Of a stretch of DNA of 64,000 nucleotides, positions 27,267-36,296 are shown in pieces. The position numbers and the translations under genes were made by a program. Source of the DNA: an uncultured Boseongicola sp. Its GTDB lineage: Bacteria; Actinomycetota; Acidimicrobiia; Spongiisociales; ZC4RG35. Position 1 is the stretch's first letter. Each line of letters starts with the position of its first letter. A model generated the notes under the pieces. That model saw nothing but the letters and a program-made list of their open reading frames with translations. It was not told where the DNA came from and did no database searches. Location of the stretch: the NCBI GenBank assembly GCA_964194555.1, contig CAXMMT010000007.1:1117-65116 (forward strand). Direction: 5' to 3'.

Positions 27267-27284
27267 CCTTCTACCCTTGTGGGG

Positions 27285-27668
27285 ATGACACGGCAGACCA
27301 TCTCCTCTGGATCTCCTTTCGAGACCGAGTTCGGATTCAGCCGGGCGGTTCGTGTCGACGACCGGGTGGTGGTAGCGGGTACGGCTCCTATCTGGCCCGA
27401 TGACTTCGTCGACCCCGATCCCAAGGTGCAGACAAAACGTTGTCTGGAGATCATGCTGGCCGCCCTCGCTGAAGCCGGCGGCTCTCCCCAGGATGTGGTC
27501 CGGACCCGGATGTTCATCACCGACGCTTCCCACGCCGGTGCGGTTGGAGAGGCCCATGGCGAGGTCTTCTTGGACATCCGACCGGCAGCCACAATGGTTG
27601 TCGTCGGCGGTCTGCTCGACGAGCGTTGGAAAGTCGAAATGGAACTTGAGGCTGTCTTAACCGGTTGA
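27285..27668 (+). CDS. RidA/YjgF/L-PSP family protein
   Basis: MTRQTISSGSPFETEFGFSRAVRVDDRVVVAGTAP...DVVRTRMFITD...PAATMVVVGGLLDERWKVEMELEAV. Confidence 0.82.
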   Translation: MTRQTISSGSPFETEFGFSRAVRVDDRVVVAGTAPIWPDDFVDPDPKVQTKRCLEIMLAALAEAGGSPQDVVRTRMFITDASHAGAVGEAHGEVFLDIRPAATMVVVGGLLDERWKVEMELEAVLTG

Positions 27669-27697
27669 CTGCTGTGATGGCGCCCAGGAGGTAACGA

Positions 27698-28348
27698 ATG
27701 TTTGGAAACAATAAGACAGAGATGGCCACTCCCGAAGATGCGCTGCCCGGTCGGAGCGAGGTCGTCACGGTGCCACCCGCGCACTTCGTCAATGACAACC
27801 CCCTAACCGACCCCTTCCCCGAAGGAACCGAGACGATCGTGTTTGGGATGGGTTGCTTCTGGGGAGCGGAGCGACGTTTCTGGCAGATGCCCGGTGTGTT
27901 CACCACATCAGCCGGCTACGCCGGTGGCGTTACACCTAACCCTTCCTACGAGGAGGTTTGCAGTGGCCGCACCGGTCACACCGAAGTCGTGATGGTCGTC
28001 TACCGCCCTGACGAGGTCTCTTTCGACGATCTGCTCCGGGTGTTCTGGGAGACCCATGACCCCACCCAGGGTTACCGGCAAGGCAACGACGTGGGGACCC
28101 AATACCGGTCGGCGATCTACACCACGACGGATGGTCAACTCGACGAGGCGAAGCGATCCCAGGACACCTATCAGGCGGAACTTACCCCGCTGGGGTTTGG
28201 TGAGATCACCACCGAGATCGGGGAGCTCGCCGAGTACTACTACGCCGAGGACTATCACCAGCAGTACCTGGCAAAGAACCCACACGGCTACGACTGTCAT
28301 GCCAACACGGGAATCGCATATCCCGGGCTGGACTCGGTAGCGCGCTAG
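27698..28348 (+). CDS. msrA: Peptide-methionine (S)-S-oxide reductase
   Basis: [18 protein letters not shown]...GYAGG...[17 protein letters not shown]...DYHQQYL. Confidence 0.95.
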   Translation: MFGNNKTEMATPEDALPGRSEVVTVPPAHFVNDNPLTDPFPEGTETIVFGMGCFWGAERRFWQMPGVFTTSAGYAGGVTPNPSYEEVCSGRTGHTEVVMVVYRPDEVSFDDLLRVFWETHDPTQGYRQGNDVGTQYRSAIYTTTDGQLDEAKRSQDTYQAELTPLGFGEITTEIGELAEYYYAEDYHQQYLAKNPHGYDCHANTGIAYPGLDSVAR

Positions 28349-28357
28349 CCGCGGTCC

Positions 28358-30010
28358 TCAGCCGCGGAGGTCTCTCGTCTGGAACAGCGGGATGGACAGC
28401 GCTACCAGAGCGATGAAGATCCCGGCGAGTACGGCAGCGTCTCCCCATGCCATTCCGTTCACCAAGGGGTTGGAGGTCTGGTAGTAGTAGAAGGGCGAGA
28501 GCTTGGCCCAGCCAGCGTAATTCTCGCTGAGTGGCATGAACGAGTTGAGGAAGTAGGCGAAGAGGGTCACGCCGGCGGCGGCGTAGGCGGACAACCGCAC
28601 TCGCCCGGTGGCCGAACCGACCAGAAGGGCGACTCCTCCAATCACAAGCCCAAGCAACGTCAGCAGCAGCGACGTGGCTGCGATGTTCCCCACCGGGATG
28701 TCGAGCCCGCCGAGCAGCACCGATCCCCATGTTCCGAGGAATGTGACGACTCCGAGTACAAAGGAGTATCCGACCATCGCCAGAGTCTTCTCGGAGACGA
28801 TTCTCGAGCGGGTCACCGGGCTCGCCAGAAGCAAGCCCATCGTCTTTTTCTGCTCCTCGCCGGCAATCGCCCGCGAGCCGATCAGGACGGTGAGAACTGC
28901 AAACGTTGCCGGAGCGGTTATCGCGAAGATCTCCGCCGTCAGGTATCCCTCAGGCGTGGACATGTCGACGCCCCCGATCATGGCCAGCAAAGCATCGGGT
29001 AACTGTGTGGCCAGGCTGAGGATCGCTTCATCCATGACGCTGTAGATGGGACCCATCATCAGCGCCAAGAGGAAGATGGTGATCGAGCAGATCACCAGCA
29101 CGCCCTGATGCTCCGAGACGGTGTTTGTGGCGATGCGCGACACACGCGCCGAACCTGCAATCCGCTCGGCGAACCTCTTGGTCAGCGGCTGCTCACGCAT
29201 CCGGTCAAAAAGCGTTCTGCTGGTGGCGCGGTTCCTGAGATCACGGCGGTTGACTCCAACCACGGCCGCGACGAGGAGGAAAGCCGAGAGGCCACCGAGG
29301 ACGGCCATATCCCCCCAGTCGATCCCGTTTGCTATCGGGCTGCTGCTGCTGAAGTAGTTCCAGGGGGAGAGCTTGGCGAGATTGTCGGCTCCCTCGATCA
29401 GCGGCAGTATGCCCGTGGCCAGATACGAGATGATCATCACCCCTATCGCTGTGCCCGATGCGGCCTTGGTGGCGCCGGTCCATGCGCCGACTGCCATGGC
29501 GAGCAGGCCGTAGAAAACGGCGTTCACCGAAATGTGGAAGACCAGGGCACCGACGTGGAAACCGGTCATGTCCACACCAAGCAGGTCCGGAATGACATAT
29601 CCCGCACCCCACAGAATCAGGCCACCGACGACGACCACGACGAGCATCGACAGAGTCTTTGAGAGGAGAACCAAGGTTCGGCTCTTGGGGTTGCCCAGCA
29701 GCAGACCCATCGTGCCGTTCAATTCCTCTCCGGCAATGGAGGCTGTTCCCATGGAGATGGCGAGCCCGGCGATAGTCAAGGCTCCCATGAAGCTGTACAT
29801 GGCTCCGAAAGCAAGTCCGGCCGCGTCACCTGCTTCCGGGATGCCCATCAGCTCGAGAAATCCCGGCGGCATCGACTCGAAGTAGAGGGTGAGGTCGACG
29901 TCTTTGTACACCGCCATTCCCATCCAGAGCATCAGTGCAATCGCGGCGGCGCCGATGACCATGCCCATGAGGCGGTCGCGTGAGGTCTTGGTGAAGACGT
30001 TGGCGAGCAT
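28358..30010 (-). CDS. ABC transporter permease (duplicated ABC-2-type, ~12 TM)
   Basis: 550 aa, two homologous 6-TM halves. It has a 1-nt overlap with the upstream ATPase. Confidence 0.75.
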   Translation of the reverse strand: MLANVFTKTSRDRLMGMVIGAAAIALMLWMGMAVYKDVDLTLYFESMPPGFLELMGIPEAGDAAGLAFGAMYSFMGALTIAGLAISMGTASIAGEELNGTMGLLLGNPKSRTLVLLSKTLSMLVVVVVGGLILWGAGYVIPDLLGVDMTGFHVGALVFHISVNAVFYGLLAMAVGAWTGATKAASGTAIGVMIISYLATGILPLIEGADNLAKLSPWNYFSSSSPIANGIDWGDMAVLGGLSAFLLVAAVVGVNRRDLRNRATSRTLFDRMREQPLTKRFAERIAGSARVSRIATNTVSEHQGVLVICSITIFLLALMMGPIYSVMDEAILSLATQLPDALLAMIGGVDMSTPEGYLTAEIFAITAPATFAVLTVLIGSRAIAGEEQKKTMGLLLASPVTRSRIVSEKTLAMVGYSFVLGVVTFLGTWGSVLLGGLDIPVGNIAATSLLLTLLGLVIGGVALLVGSATGRVRLSAYAAAGVTLFAYFLNSFMPLSENYAGWAKLSPFYYYQTSNPLVNGMAWGDAAVLAGIFIALVALSIPLFQTRDLRG

Positions 30011-30912
30011 CAGGTGGGCGGTTCCTCGTCTTCGTAATATGTGAGGAAGATCTCTTCGAGATCGGCCTCCTGGCTATTGATGTCGACGAGGTGGTAGCGG
30101 CTGGTTGCGACCTTCAGGAGTTGGTCCATGTGCCCGTCGAATGACAGCACGATGCTTTGCTGGTTCTGTCTCGCCTCCCGAACCCCCGGGACCGCCTCGA
30201 AGATCGAGCCGTCAATATCCGAGTCGAAGAACAGCTCCACGCGGCGGATCGCCTTGGAGCGCAACCCGTCGACCGACTCGACGGCCACCAGCCTTCCGTG
30301 ACGGATGATCCCGACGCGATCCGCTACACGCTGGACCTCGGAGAGCGTGTGACTGGACAGGAAGACGCAATGTCCTTCAGAGGCCACCTCCCTCACCAGC
30401 TTCTGGAACTCACGCTGGACCAGAGGATCGAGGCCCGTGCTCGGTTCGTCCATGATCAGAACCTCCGGGCGGTTCATGAAAGCCTGGATGACCCCGACCT
30501 TTTGGCGGTTGCCGGAGCTGTAGTCCGAGACTTTGACCCCCAGGTCGCTGTTGAACCGCTCGGCAAGTTCGTCCACGTAGGACCAGTCCACGCCACCCCT
30601 CAGATTGGCAAAGTAGGTGAGGGTGTCTCGCCCTGTCAGATTTGGGTACATTGCGAGGTCACCGGGGACGTATCCGACGTGATTGCGGAGCTCCACTGAT
30701 TTCTTGTGGGTGTCCATCCCCATTATCTCGGCACGACCTGTCGTTGGTCGGATCAGATCGAGGATGGTGCGGATCATGGTCGTTTTTCCAGATCCGTTTG
30801 GTCCGAGAAAGCCGAAGACCTCTCCCATTCTGACTTCCATATCCAGGTCGATCAGTGCCTTCACCTGTCCGTAGTGCTTTGTCAGGCCCTCGGTTCGGAT
30901 TGCCGGTGTCAT
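30010..30912 (-). CDS. ABC transporter ATP-binding protein
   Basis: Walker A GPNGSGKTT, signature YSSGNRQKVGVIQAF and Walker B VLIMDEP. Confidence 0.9.
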   Translation of the reverse strand: MTPAIRTEGLTKHYGQVKALIDLDMEVRMGEVFGFLGPNGSGKTTMIRTILDLIRPTTGRAEIMGMDTHKKSVELRNHVGYVPGDLAMYPNLTGRDTLTYFANLRGGVDWSYVDELAERFNSDLGVKVSDYSSGNRQKVGVIQAFMNRPEVLIMDEPSTGLDPLVQREFQKLVREVASEGHCVFLSSHTLSEVQRVADRVGIIRHGRLVAVESVDGLRSKAIRRVELFFDSDIDGSIFEAVPGVREARQNQQSIVLSFDGHMDQLLKVATSRYHLVDINSQEADLEEIFLTYYEDEEPPT

Positions 30913-31574
30913 TTTGTTGCTCTCTGTTTGGCGTCAGGAGCCGGTTGTAGCTGTTCGATCGTCTGCTTCGTTTGTGCCATGACTTCTCTGTTGAAAAGCT
31001 CTCCGGAGAAGATCTGGAGCGTATACGGCGCCGAAGCCATCAATCCCTCCGCGGTAAGCATGTCCACCCCCAGAGCCCGGGTGAGTTGGTCGTGGAGCAT
31101 CAGGCCACCGAGTTGCATTGCAACCAATACCGCCGCCTGCTTTTGCGGGTCGCCGTGATACTCATTGATCAGGCCCTGCTCCTTGCCTTGGACAAGCTGA
31201 ACTGTCACTTCGCCAACGAATTCAGCGAAGATCCTGGCGGCGGTTTCGCTCCCGGTTCCTAGGGTCCAAGCCAGGTAGCGGAGGGTTGGTTCGGCGAGTT
31301 GGTACGTGGCTGCGATCGCGCCGGGCTCGCGATAGGCTCCAGTCTCGATCGCCTCCCGCTTCATCTCCATCGTCATGTGAACCACGTACTCATCACAGGC
31401 GCGATGCAAGCCCTCCTTCGATCCGAAGTGGTGGAGAACCAGGGCCGGCGACACCCCGGCGTTCTTGGCGATGGCGCGGACTGTGGTCCCGGCGAAACCG
31501 TCCTTGGGGAACCGCTCTATCGCCACATCGCGGATGCGGGCCCGGGTGGTCAGGTCCTCAACAACTGAACGCAT
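30909..31574 (-). CDS. TetR/AcrR family transcriptional regulator
   Basis: HTH RARIRDVAIERFPKDGFAGTTVRAIAKNAGVSPALVLHHFGSKEGL. It overlaps the ATPase start by 4 nt. The start is either ATG 31574 or TTG 31592. Confidence 0.85.
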   Translation of the reverse strand: MRSVVEDLTTRARIRDVAIERFPKDGFAGTTVRAIAKNAGVSPALVLHHFGSKEGLHRACDEYVVHMTMEMKREAIETGAYREPGAIAATYQLAEPTLRYLAWTLGTGSETAARIFAEFVGEVTVQLVQGKEQGLINEYHGDPQKQAAVLVAMQLGGLMLHDQLTRALGVDMLTAEGLMASAPYTLQIFSGELFNREVMAQTKQTIEQLQPAPDAKQRATK

Positions 31575-31602
31575 GTTCAGAATACTAAACAAACGTTCAG
31601 TT
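31563..31602. promoter_or_regulatory. Candidate TetR operator (nested inverted repeats with CTGAAC half-sites)
   Basis: CTGAAC-gcat-GTTCAG lies at 31565-31580. The outer inverted pair is AACTGAACG (31563-31571) and CGTTCAGTT (31594-31602), overlapping the tetR start region. Confidence 0.35.
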
Positions 31603-31630
31603 GGTTGGCAAACCTATGGCCGTCGTCGTG

Positions 31631-33022
31631 TCAGCTTGCAGCCACGACGGTCTCGACCAGGGCTCGCGCCTCGATCGACGGATCGAACATGATCTCGATA
31701 TCGGGGGTGACGCCGACGCCACCGAAATCATGACCGCCAGGTGTGAGCCATCTGGCGATAGTCAGCTTCAGGGCTCCTCCATTGGAAAGGTTGAACCGTT
31801 GCTGAACGGTGTTCTTCCCGAACGTGTTCTCACCCACCACAGTGGCCAGGCCACGCTCCTGGAGCACAGCCGACACCACTTCCGACGCGGAGGCACTGCC
31901 TTTGTTGACCACGAAGGTGACCTTCATGCCCGCCGGCACTATCGCCGCCCCGGTGACGGCATACGGTCTTGACTCGTCCGGGCCCTGAGTCACCACAACG
32001 TCGCCGTCCGGAAGGAAGATCGAGGTGATTTCGATGGCGGTGTCGAGGAGACCCCCAGGGTTGTTTCTGAGATCGACGACCAGCTCGTCGATGCCTTCGG
32101 CCAGGAGGTCGATCACCGCTTGTTCGAACTGCTCATCGGCGTTGGCGGAGAAGATCCGGAGTTGGATGTAACCGATGCTGCCAAAGCTCTCCGAGTTGAT
32201 CACGGGGATGATCACCGCAGCGCGTGTAATCGCAATCTCGAATGTCTCACCATCCCGATCGATGGTCAGCACTACGTCGGTGCCGGCGGGGCCCCGTACC
32301 TGTGAGGTGACCTCGTCGATGGTCCAGCCCTCTACCGAAGTGCCGTCGACACCGATGATGGCGTCGTCGCGCTGAAGCCCGGCCGCCTCGGCCGGTGCGC
32401 CCTCGATGGTTGACACGATCAGTATGCGACAGGTCTCCGAAACTATCGAGCACTGTTTGTTGTCGCCTTCGATGGTCTGGTCCTCGGGGGAGACCAGGGC
32501 CCCGATTCCCTCGATTTGGCCTTCCTGCTCCTCTTCGAGTAGTTCCAGGGCCTCCTGGTCGAAGTAGGTGGAGTTGGGGTCGAGGGCATGGGTTGCCAGG
32601 CCGATGACGATGGCTTCGGCAGCCTGCTCGCTATCGTCGGCTGTTGACGATGCCACCTCACAGGATGCCTTGAACTCGTCGGCAGGAAGCGCGCAGGTGA
32701 GCACGTCAGAGGACGATGTTCCGTCCAACGCCTCCAACCCCTGGACGGCGGCGGAAGCCAGGGTGGCGTCGTCGACACTGTCGACATAGTGAATTTGGAT
32801 TAGCTCATACGCCTCACAGACGATGACGACCTGCTCCGGCGCCGAGTCACAGTCCACCTCCTCGATCTGTCGGGAACTGGTGGTCGTGTTGGTTGTCCCG
32901 GTGGAGGATGGCGAGGTGACCGCTTGGCTGGTCGGTGTCGTGGCGTCAAACCCACCCGACGAACAGGCGGTCGCGATGCCTGCGAGGGTGACGATGAGAA
33001 GGGTGAGACGGTTCTTGATCAT
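31631..33022 (-). CDS. S41 family C-terminal processing peptidase, lipoprotein, with PDZ domain
   Basis: Lipobox LAGIATACSS. PDZ-like GIGALVSPED...GAPAEAAGLQRDDAIIGVDG. S41 blocks LVVDLRNNPGGLL and GSASASEVVSAVLQ. Confidence 0.88.
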   Translation of the reverse strand: MIKNRLTLLIVTLAGIATACSSGGFDATTPTSQAVTSPSSTGTTNTTTSSRQIEEVDCDSAPEQVVIVCEAYELIQIHYVDSVDDATLASAAVQGLEALDGTSSSDVLTCALPADEFKASCEVASSTADDSEQAAEAIVIGLATHALDPNSTYFDQEALELLEEEQEGQIEGIGALVSPEDQTIEGDNKQCSIVSETCRILIVSTIEGAPAEAAGLQRDDAIIGVDGTSVEGWTIDEVTSQVRGPAGTDVVLTIDRDGETFEIAITRAAVIIPVINSESFGSIGYIQLRIFSANADEQFEQAVIDLLAEGIDELVVDLRNNPGGLLDTAIEITSIFLPDGDVVVTQGPDESRPYAVTGAAIVPAGMKVTFVVNKGSASASEVVSAVLQERGLATVVGENTFGKNTVQQRFNLSNGGALKLTIARWLTPGGHDFGGVGVTPDIEIMFDPSIEARALVETVVAAS

Positions 33023-34413
33023 GACGCAGCGTCGAGGGCGGCCTGCACGACTTCTTCAATGGACATATCAGTCGTCAGCTCGAGCTCACGGTCTGGTGTG
33101 AGACCGCCGTTTCCGGCTGTAAGACCGCTGGGGGTTGCCCACCGGGCCACCGCGACGTAGAGCTCTCCGCCATTACGCAGATCAAAGGGTATCTGGACCG
33201 CGTCTTTACCGAAGGTGTTCGTGCCGACCATCACCGCGCCACGGCGATCTCTCAAGGCGCCTGCGACGATCTCCGCAGCGGACGCCGTGCCCTGGTTCAC
33301 CAGGACGATCAAACGCTCTTCAGTGGCCAGCCCTCCTTCGGTCGCCGCGTACTCGAGGTGCTCGTCGGGGGCGAACGACTCGAGGACCAGCCCTCCGCTG
33401 ATGAATTCTGAGGCCACGTCGACCGAGGCATCGACAAGGCCACCGGGGTTGTCGCGAAGGTCGATGACGATGGTGCGCGGCCTGAATTCTGAGAGAGATA
33501 TCAATGCTTCCTCCACAAGTCCGGGGATGTCGTCCTCGAAGTCGGGTATTCGCAGATATCCGACGCCGGGCAGGGAAATCTCGACACTCACCGTCGGGAC
33601 AGTGAGCTCGGACCGCTCGATGGTGAAGGTCAGGCTTTCTCCTCCTCCACGTTCCACCACCATGTCGAATGATCCGGTTTCGTCCCCGGCCATGGCGGCC
33701 GCCGTTGAGACGAAACCCTGGCCGTCGACCTGCATGCCATCAATCTCGACCACGATATCTCCGGCTTGCAACCCGGCGTCCGCTCCGGGGTTGTCTTCCA
33801 GCACGAAGACGATTCGGAGAGGGCAAGTCGTAGTGATCTTGGCGCATTTCGAACCCACCGCATCGGTGGCATCGAGGAGAAGACCGACCCCTCCGACGAT
33901 TCCGTTGGGCCGGAAGGACCCCACCTGGTCGGGCGGCACGTAATAGGAGAAGGGGTCGAGTCCGACGTCTGTCATCGCGGTGACCGCGGCATCCACCGCC
34001 GGACCGACTGCGATCCCCGACTCGTGAACCATCTGTGCGAGTTGATCGCAGAAATCGGTGAAGTCTCCGTGTGGCACCGCGCAAACAAGAGTGCGAGGCC
34101 GTGCCTCGGTCTCGGTGCTCGTGAATTCCCGGAGACTTCTCAGCGCAACGCCGGCCAGATCCGAGCTGGACCACGGTCTGTCTACATGCCATTTCTGTAC
34201 GAGCTCGTACACCTCGCATAGCGCCGAGAATGTCACAGGCGGGGCGACGCAGTTCTGCACCTGGTATGGCTGGCCGCCGACGGTGCTGCTCGGCACGTTG
34301 GACACCGCTGTTGTGGGCGGAGCCTCGAGGGTGGTCAGCGCAGACTCTGACGCCGACCCACAGGCAACTGCAGAAACCAGCAAGAGAACGAGGGCCGTGC
34401 GCATTGCCGCCAT
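33019..34413 (-). CDS. S41 family C-terminal processing peptidase, lipoprotein, with PDZ domain (paralogue)
   Basis: ATG at 34413 gives MAAMRTALVLLLVSAVACGS. S41 blocks IVIDLRDNPGGLV and GTASAAEIVAGALRD. It overlaps the downstream paralogue by 4 nt. The tracked extension to 34761 is rejected. Confidence 0.88.
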   Translation of the reverse strand: MAAMRTALVLLLVSAVACGSASESALTTLEAPPTTAVSNVPSSTVGGQPYQVQNCVAPPVTFSALCEVYELVQKWHVDRPWSSSDLAGVALRSLREFTSTETEARPRTLVCAVPHGDFTDFCDQLAQMVHESGIAVGPAVDAAVTAMTDVGLDPFSYYVPPDQVGSFRPNGIVGGVGLLLDATDAVGSKCAKITTTCPLRIVFVLEDNPGADAGLQAGDIVVEIDGMQVDGQGFVSTAAAMAGDETGSFDMVVERGGGESLTFTIERSELTVPTVSVEISLPGVGYLRIPDFEDDIPGLVEEALISLSEFRPRTIVIDLRDNPGGLVDASVDVASEFISGGLVLESFAPDEHLEYAATEGGLATEERLIVLVNQGTASAAEIVAGALRDRRGAVMVGTNTFGKDAVQIPFDLRNGGELYVAVARWATPSGLTAGNGGLTPDRELELTTDMSIEEVVQAALDAAS

Positions 34414-34608
34414 TATGTGGACTGGTGCTCCGACCACAAGCGTTTGCCGCGTTGAAGTCGGCCAGTGACGTCCCTGGCTGCGTCCTCGTCCTCGACGAAC
34501 GGGCCAGTGGCCAACGTCGCTGCCTCCTTGCCAGAGACCCCCCTGGCTCGCCCTCAACATCGCCAACGTTCGTGGCCAGAGCACTAATCGGCAGTTACCG
34601 TCAGCTTC

Positions 34609-35688
34609 ATGAGTACACGAGTCATTCTCCGCTCCCCATTCGGAGAAACTGTCACACGGGACATCGCCGACGGCCACTGGGCGGATCCGGTCGGCGATGC
34701 CGATTCGACGTTGGGTGAGGGCTACTGGGCGGTGCCCGGTCTGGTGGATGCCCACTCCCATCTCGCCACCACAGACCTGCCCGCGTCGAATGGGGGTTAT
34801 CAGCCAGGTGTTCTCGATGATGCCGTCACACGAGCCAGAGAAGCTCTCGCCGCCGGGATCACCCTTCTCCTCGACAAGGGCTGGTGCGACACCACCACGA
34901 TCGACCTGATGGCCGCTGTGCCCGAATCGGAGCGCCCGGAGATCGAAGCAGCCGCACAGATGATCGCCGTCAACGAGGGCTACTACCCCAACTTCGCGAT
35001 CGAGATCGATGACTCTGAAATCGACTCAGCGGTAGCCAAACAGGCGGGCATGGGAGCGGGTTGGGTGAAGCTCATCGGCGACTGGCCCCGACGGGGACGA
35101 GGCCCGGTGGCCAACTTCACCGAAGATCAATTACGCCGGGCCGTTGAGATCGCCGGCGAGTCTGGAGCCCGGGTCGCAATCCATACGCAGGCGCGGGAGG
35201 TGCCATCGATGGCAGTGGCCGCGGGAGTCCACTCCATTGAGCACGGTCTCTTTCTCACCGACTCTGACGTGGCGGCCCTTGCCGAACGTGGAGGGATGTG
35301 GGTGCCGACGGTTCTTCGGATCGAGGAGACGATCACCCAACTCGGCGCTGAGTCGGGTGGTGGGCGGCTTCTCATCGAAGGCCTCGACAACACGCGTCGT
35401 CTTCTTCCTGCTGCTTTCGAGGCGGGGGTGCGTGTGCTGGCCGGTACCGATCTCGTCGGCACTCCGGCGAACGTGGCCAGCGAGGCGATCAAACTGGGGG
35501 AATACGGACTCTCCAACCTACAGGTCGTTGAGGCGGTTACAACCGCGGGATTCAGGGCCACCGATCGCAGTTCCGACTTCGCCATCGGCGCTCCCGCGGA
35601 CGCCGTGCTCTTTCCTGACGATCCAATATCCGACCTGGAGGTTCTCAGGCACCCGACCGTTGTGATTCGGAAGGGGACCGTGGCATGA
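34609..35688 (+). CDS. Amidohydrolase family metal-dependent hydrolase
   Basis: VPGLVDAHSHLA metal-binding motif, plus later HTQA... and SIEHG... blocks. Confidence 0.78.
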   Translation: MSTRVILRSPFGETVTRDIADGHWADPVGDADSTLGEGYWAVPGLVDAHSHLATTDLPASNGGYQPGVLDDAVTRAREALAAGITLLLDKGWCDTTTIDLMAAVPESERPEIEAAAQMIAVNEGYYPNFAIEIDDSEIDSAVAKQAGMGAGWVKLIGDWPRRGRGPVANFTEDQLRRAVEIAGESGARVAIHTQAREVPSMAVAAGVHSIEHGLFLTDSDVAALAERGGMWVPTVLRIEETITQLGAESGGGRLLIEGLDNTRRLLPAAFEAGVRVLAGTDLVGTPANVASEAIKLGEYGLSNLQVVEAVTTAGFRATDRSSDFAIGAPADAVLFPDDPISDLEVLRHPTVVIRKGTVA

Positions 35689-36278
35689 GACTGGTTCTAG
35701 CCTCGGGGTCGCCCCGTCGCCGCCAGCAACTGGAGACGCTGGGCCTCGATTTTGATGTCGAACCCTCAGATATCGATGAGTCACGTCGTCCGGACGAGCC
35801 CCCAGGAGTCTATGTTGAGAGGATGGCCACGGAGAAGGCGCGAGCGGTGGCAGCCGCCGATCGTGTCGTGCTTGCGGCCGACACCGTGGTGGTGCACGAG
35901 GGGAGGATCTTGGGGAAACCCGGCCACCCTGAGGAGGCGCGCTCAATGCTGCGACGACTTCAAGGCGATCGTCATGAGGTGTTCACTGGTGTCGCAGTTG
36001 TCTCGTGGGACGATGGTCCAGTGGTTCACCCAGCCGTGGATGTGACCGAAGTGGCTTTTCTCCCCATGACCGATGATGAGATCGCTGACTACGTATCAAC
36101 CGGAGAGCCTATGGACAAGGCGGGTGCCTACGCCCTTCAGGGCGCAGGTGGGCGGTTCGTCGAGTCGGTGAAGGGCAGCCCATTCACGGTGATCGGCTTG
36201 CCGATCCATCTGCTCTCGCGTCTGATCTCGCACGCCGGACTCGATATCAGAGTATTTCAATTCGAACTGCCTGGCTGA
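35685..36278 (+). CDS. maf: Maf-like nucleoside triphosphate pyrophosphatase
   Basis: MRLVLASGSPRRRQQLETLGLDFDVEPSDIDE...KAGAYALQG. Confidence 0.9.
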   Translation: MRLVLASGSPRRRQQLETLGLDFDVEPSDIDESRRPDEPPGVYVERMATEKARAVAAADRVVLAADTVVVHEGRILGKPGHPEEARSMLRRLQGDRHEVFTGVAVVSWDDGPVVHPAVDVTEVAFLPMTDDEIADYVSTGEPMDKAGAYALQGAGGRFVESVKGSPFTVIGLPIHLLSRLISHAGLDIRVFQFELPG

Positions 36279-36296
36279 GCGGGTAGTTTTCTCGAG

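Noticed and set aside
27093-27284. Cyclic-di-AMP (ydaO) riboswitch upstream of the cell-wall transglycosylase.
   Set aside because: The genomic context fits. However, I could not find the conserved ydaO elements as I recall them (ACGGGG/CCCA blocks and the 3' AGCUAAC...GUAAGCG region). I kept it as an unexplained tandem repeat instead.
27093-27557. N-terminal extensions of tracked ORFs: 25908..27557, 33019..34761, 57899..62833, 49957..51279, 20919..22007 and 46707..47225.
   Set aside because: In each case an internal start gives a canonical signal peptide or N-terminus, usually with an RBS or a 4-nt overlap. The extension is low-complexity, or it overlaps a neighbouring gene or the regulatory repeats.
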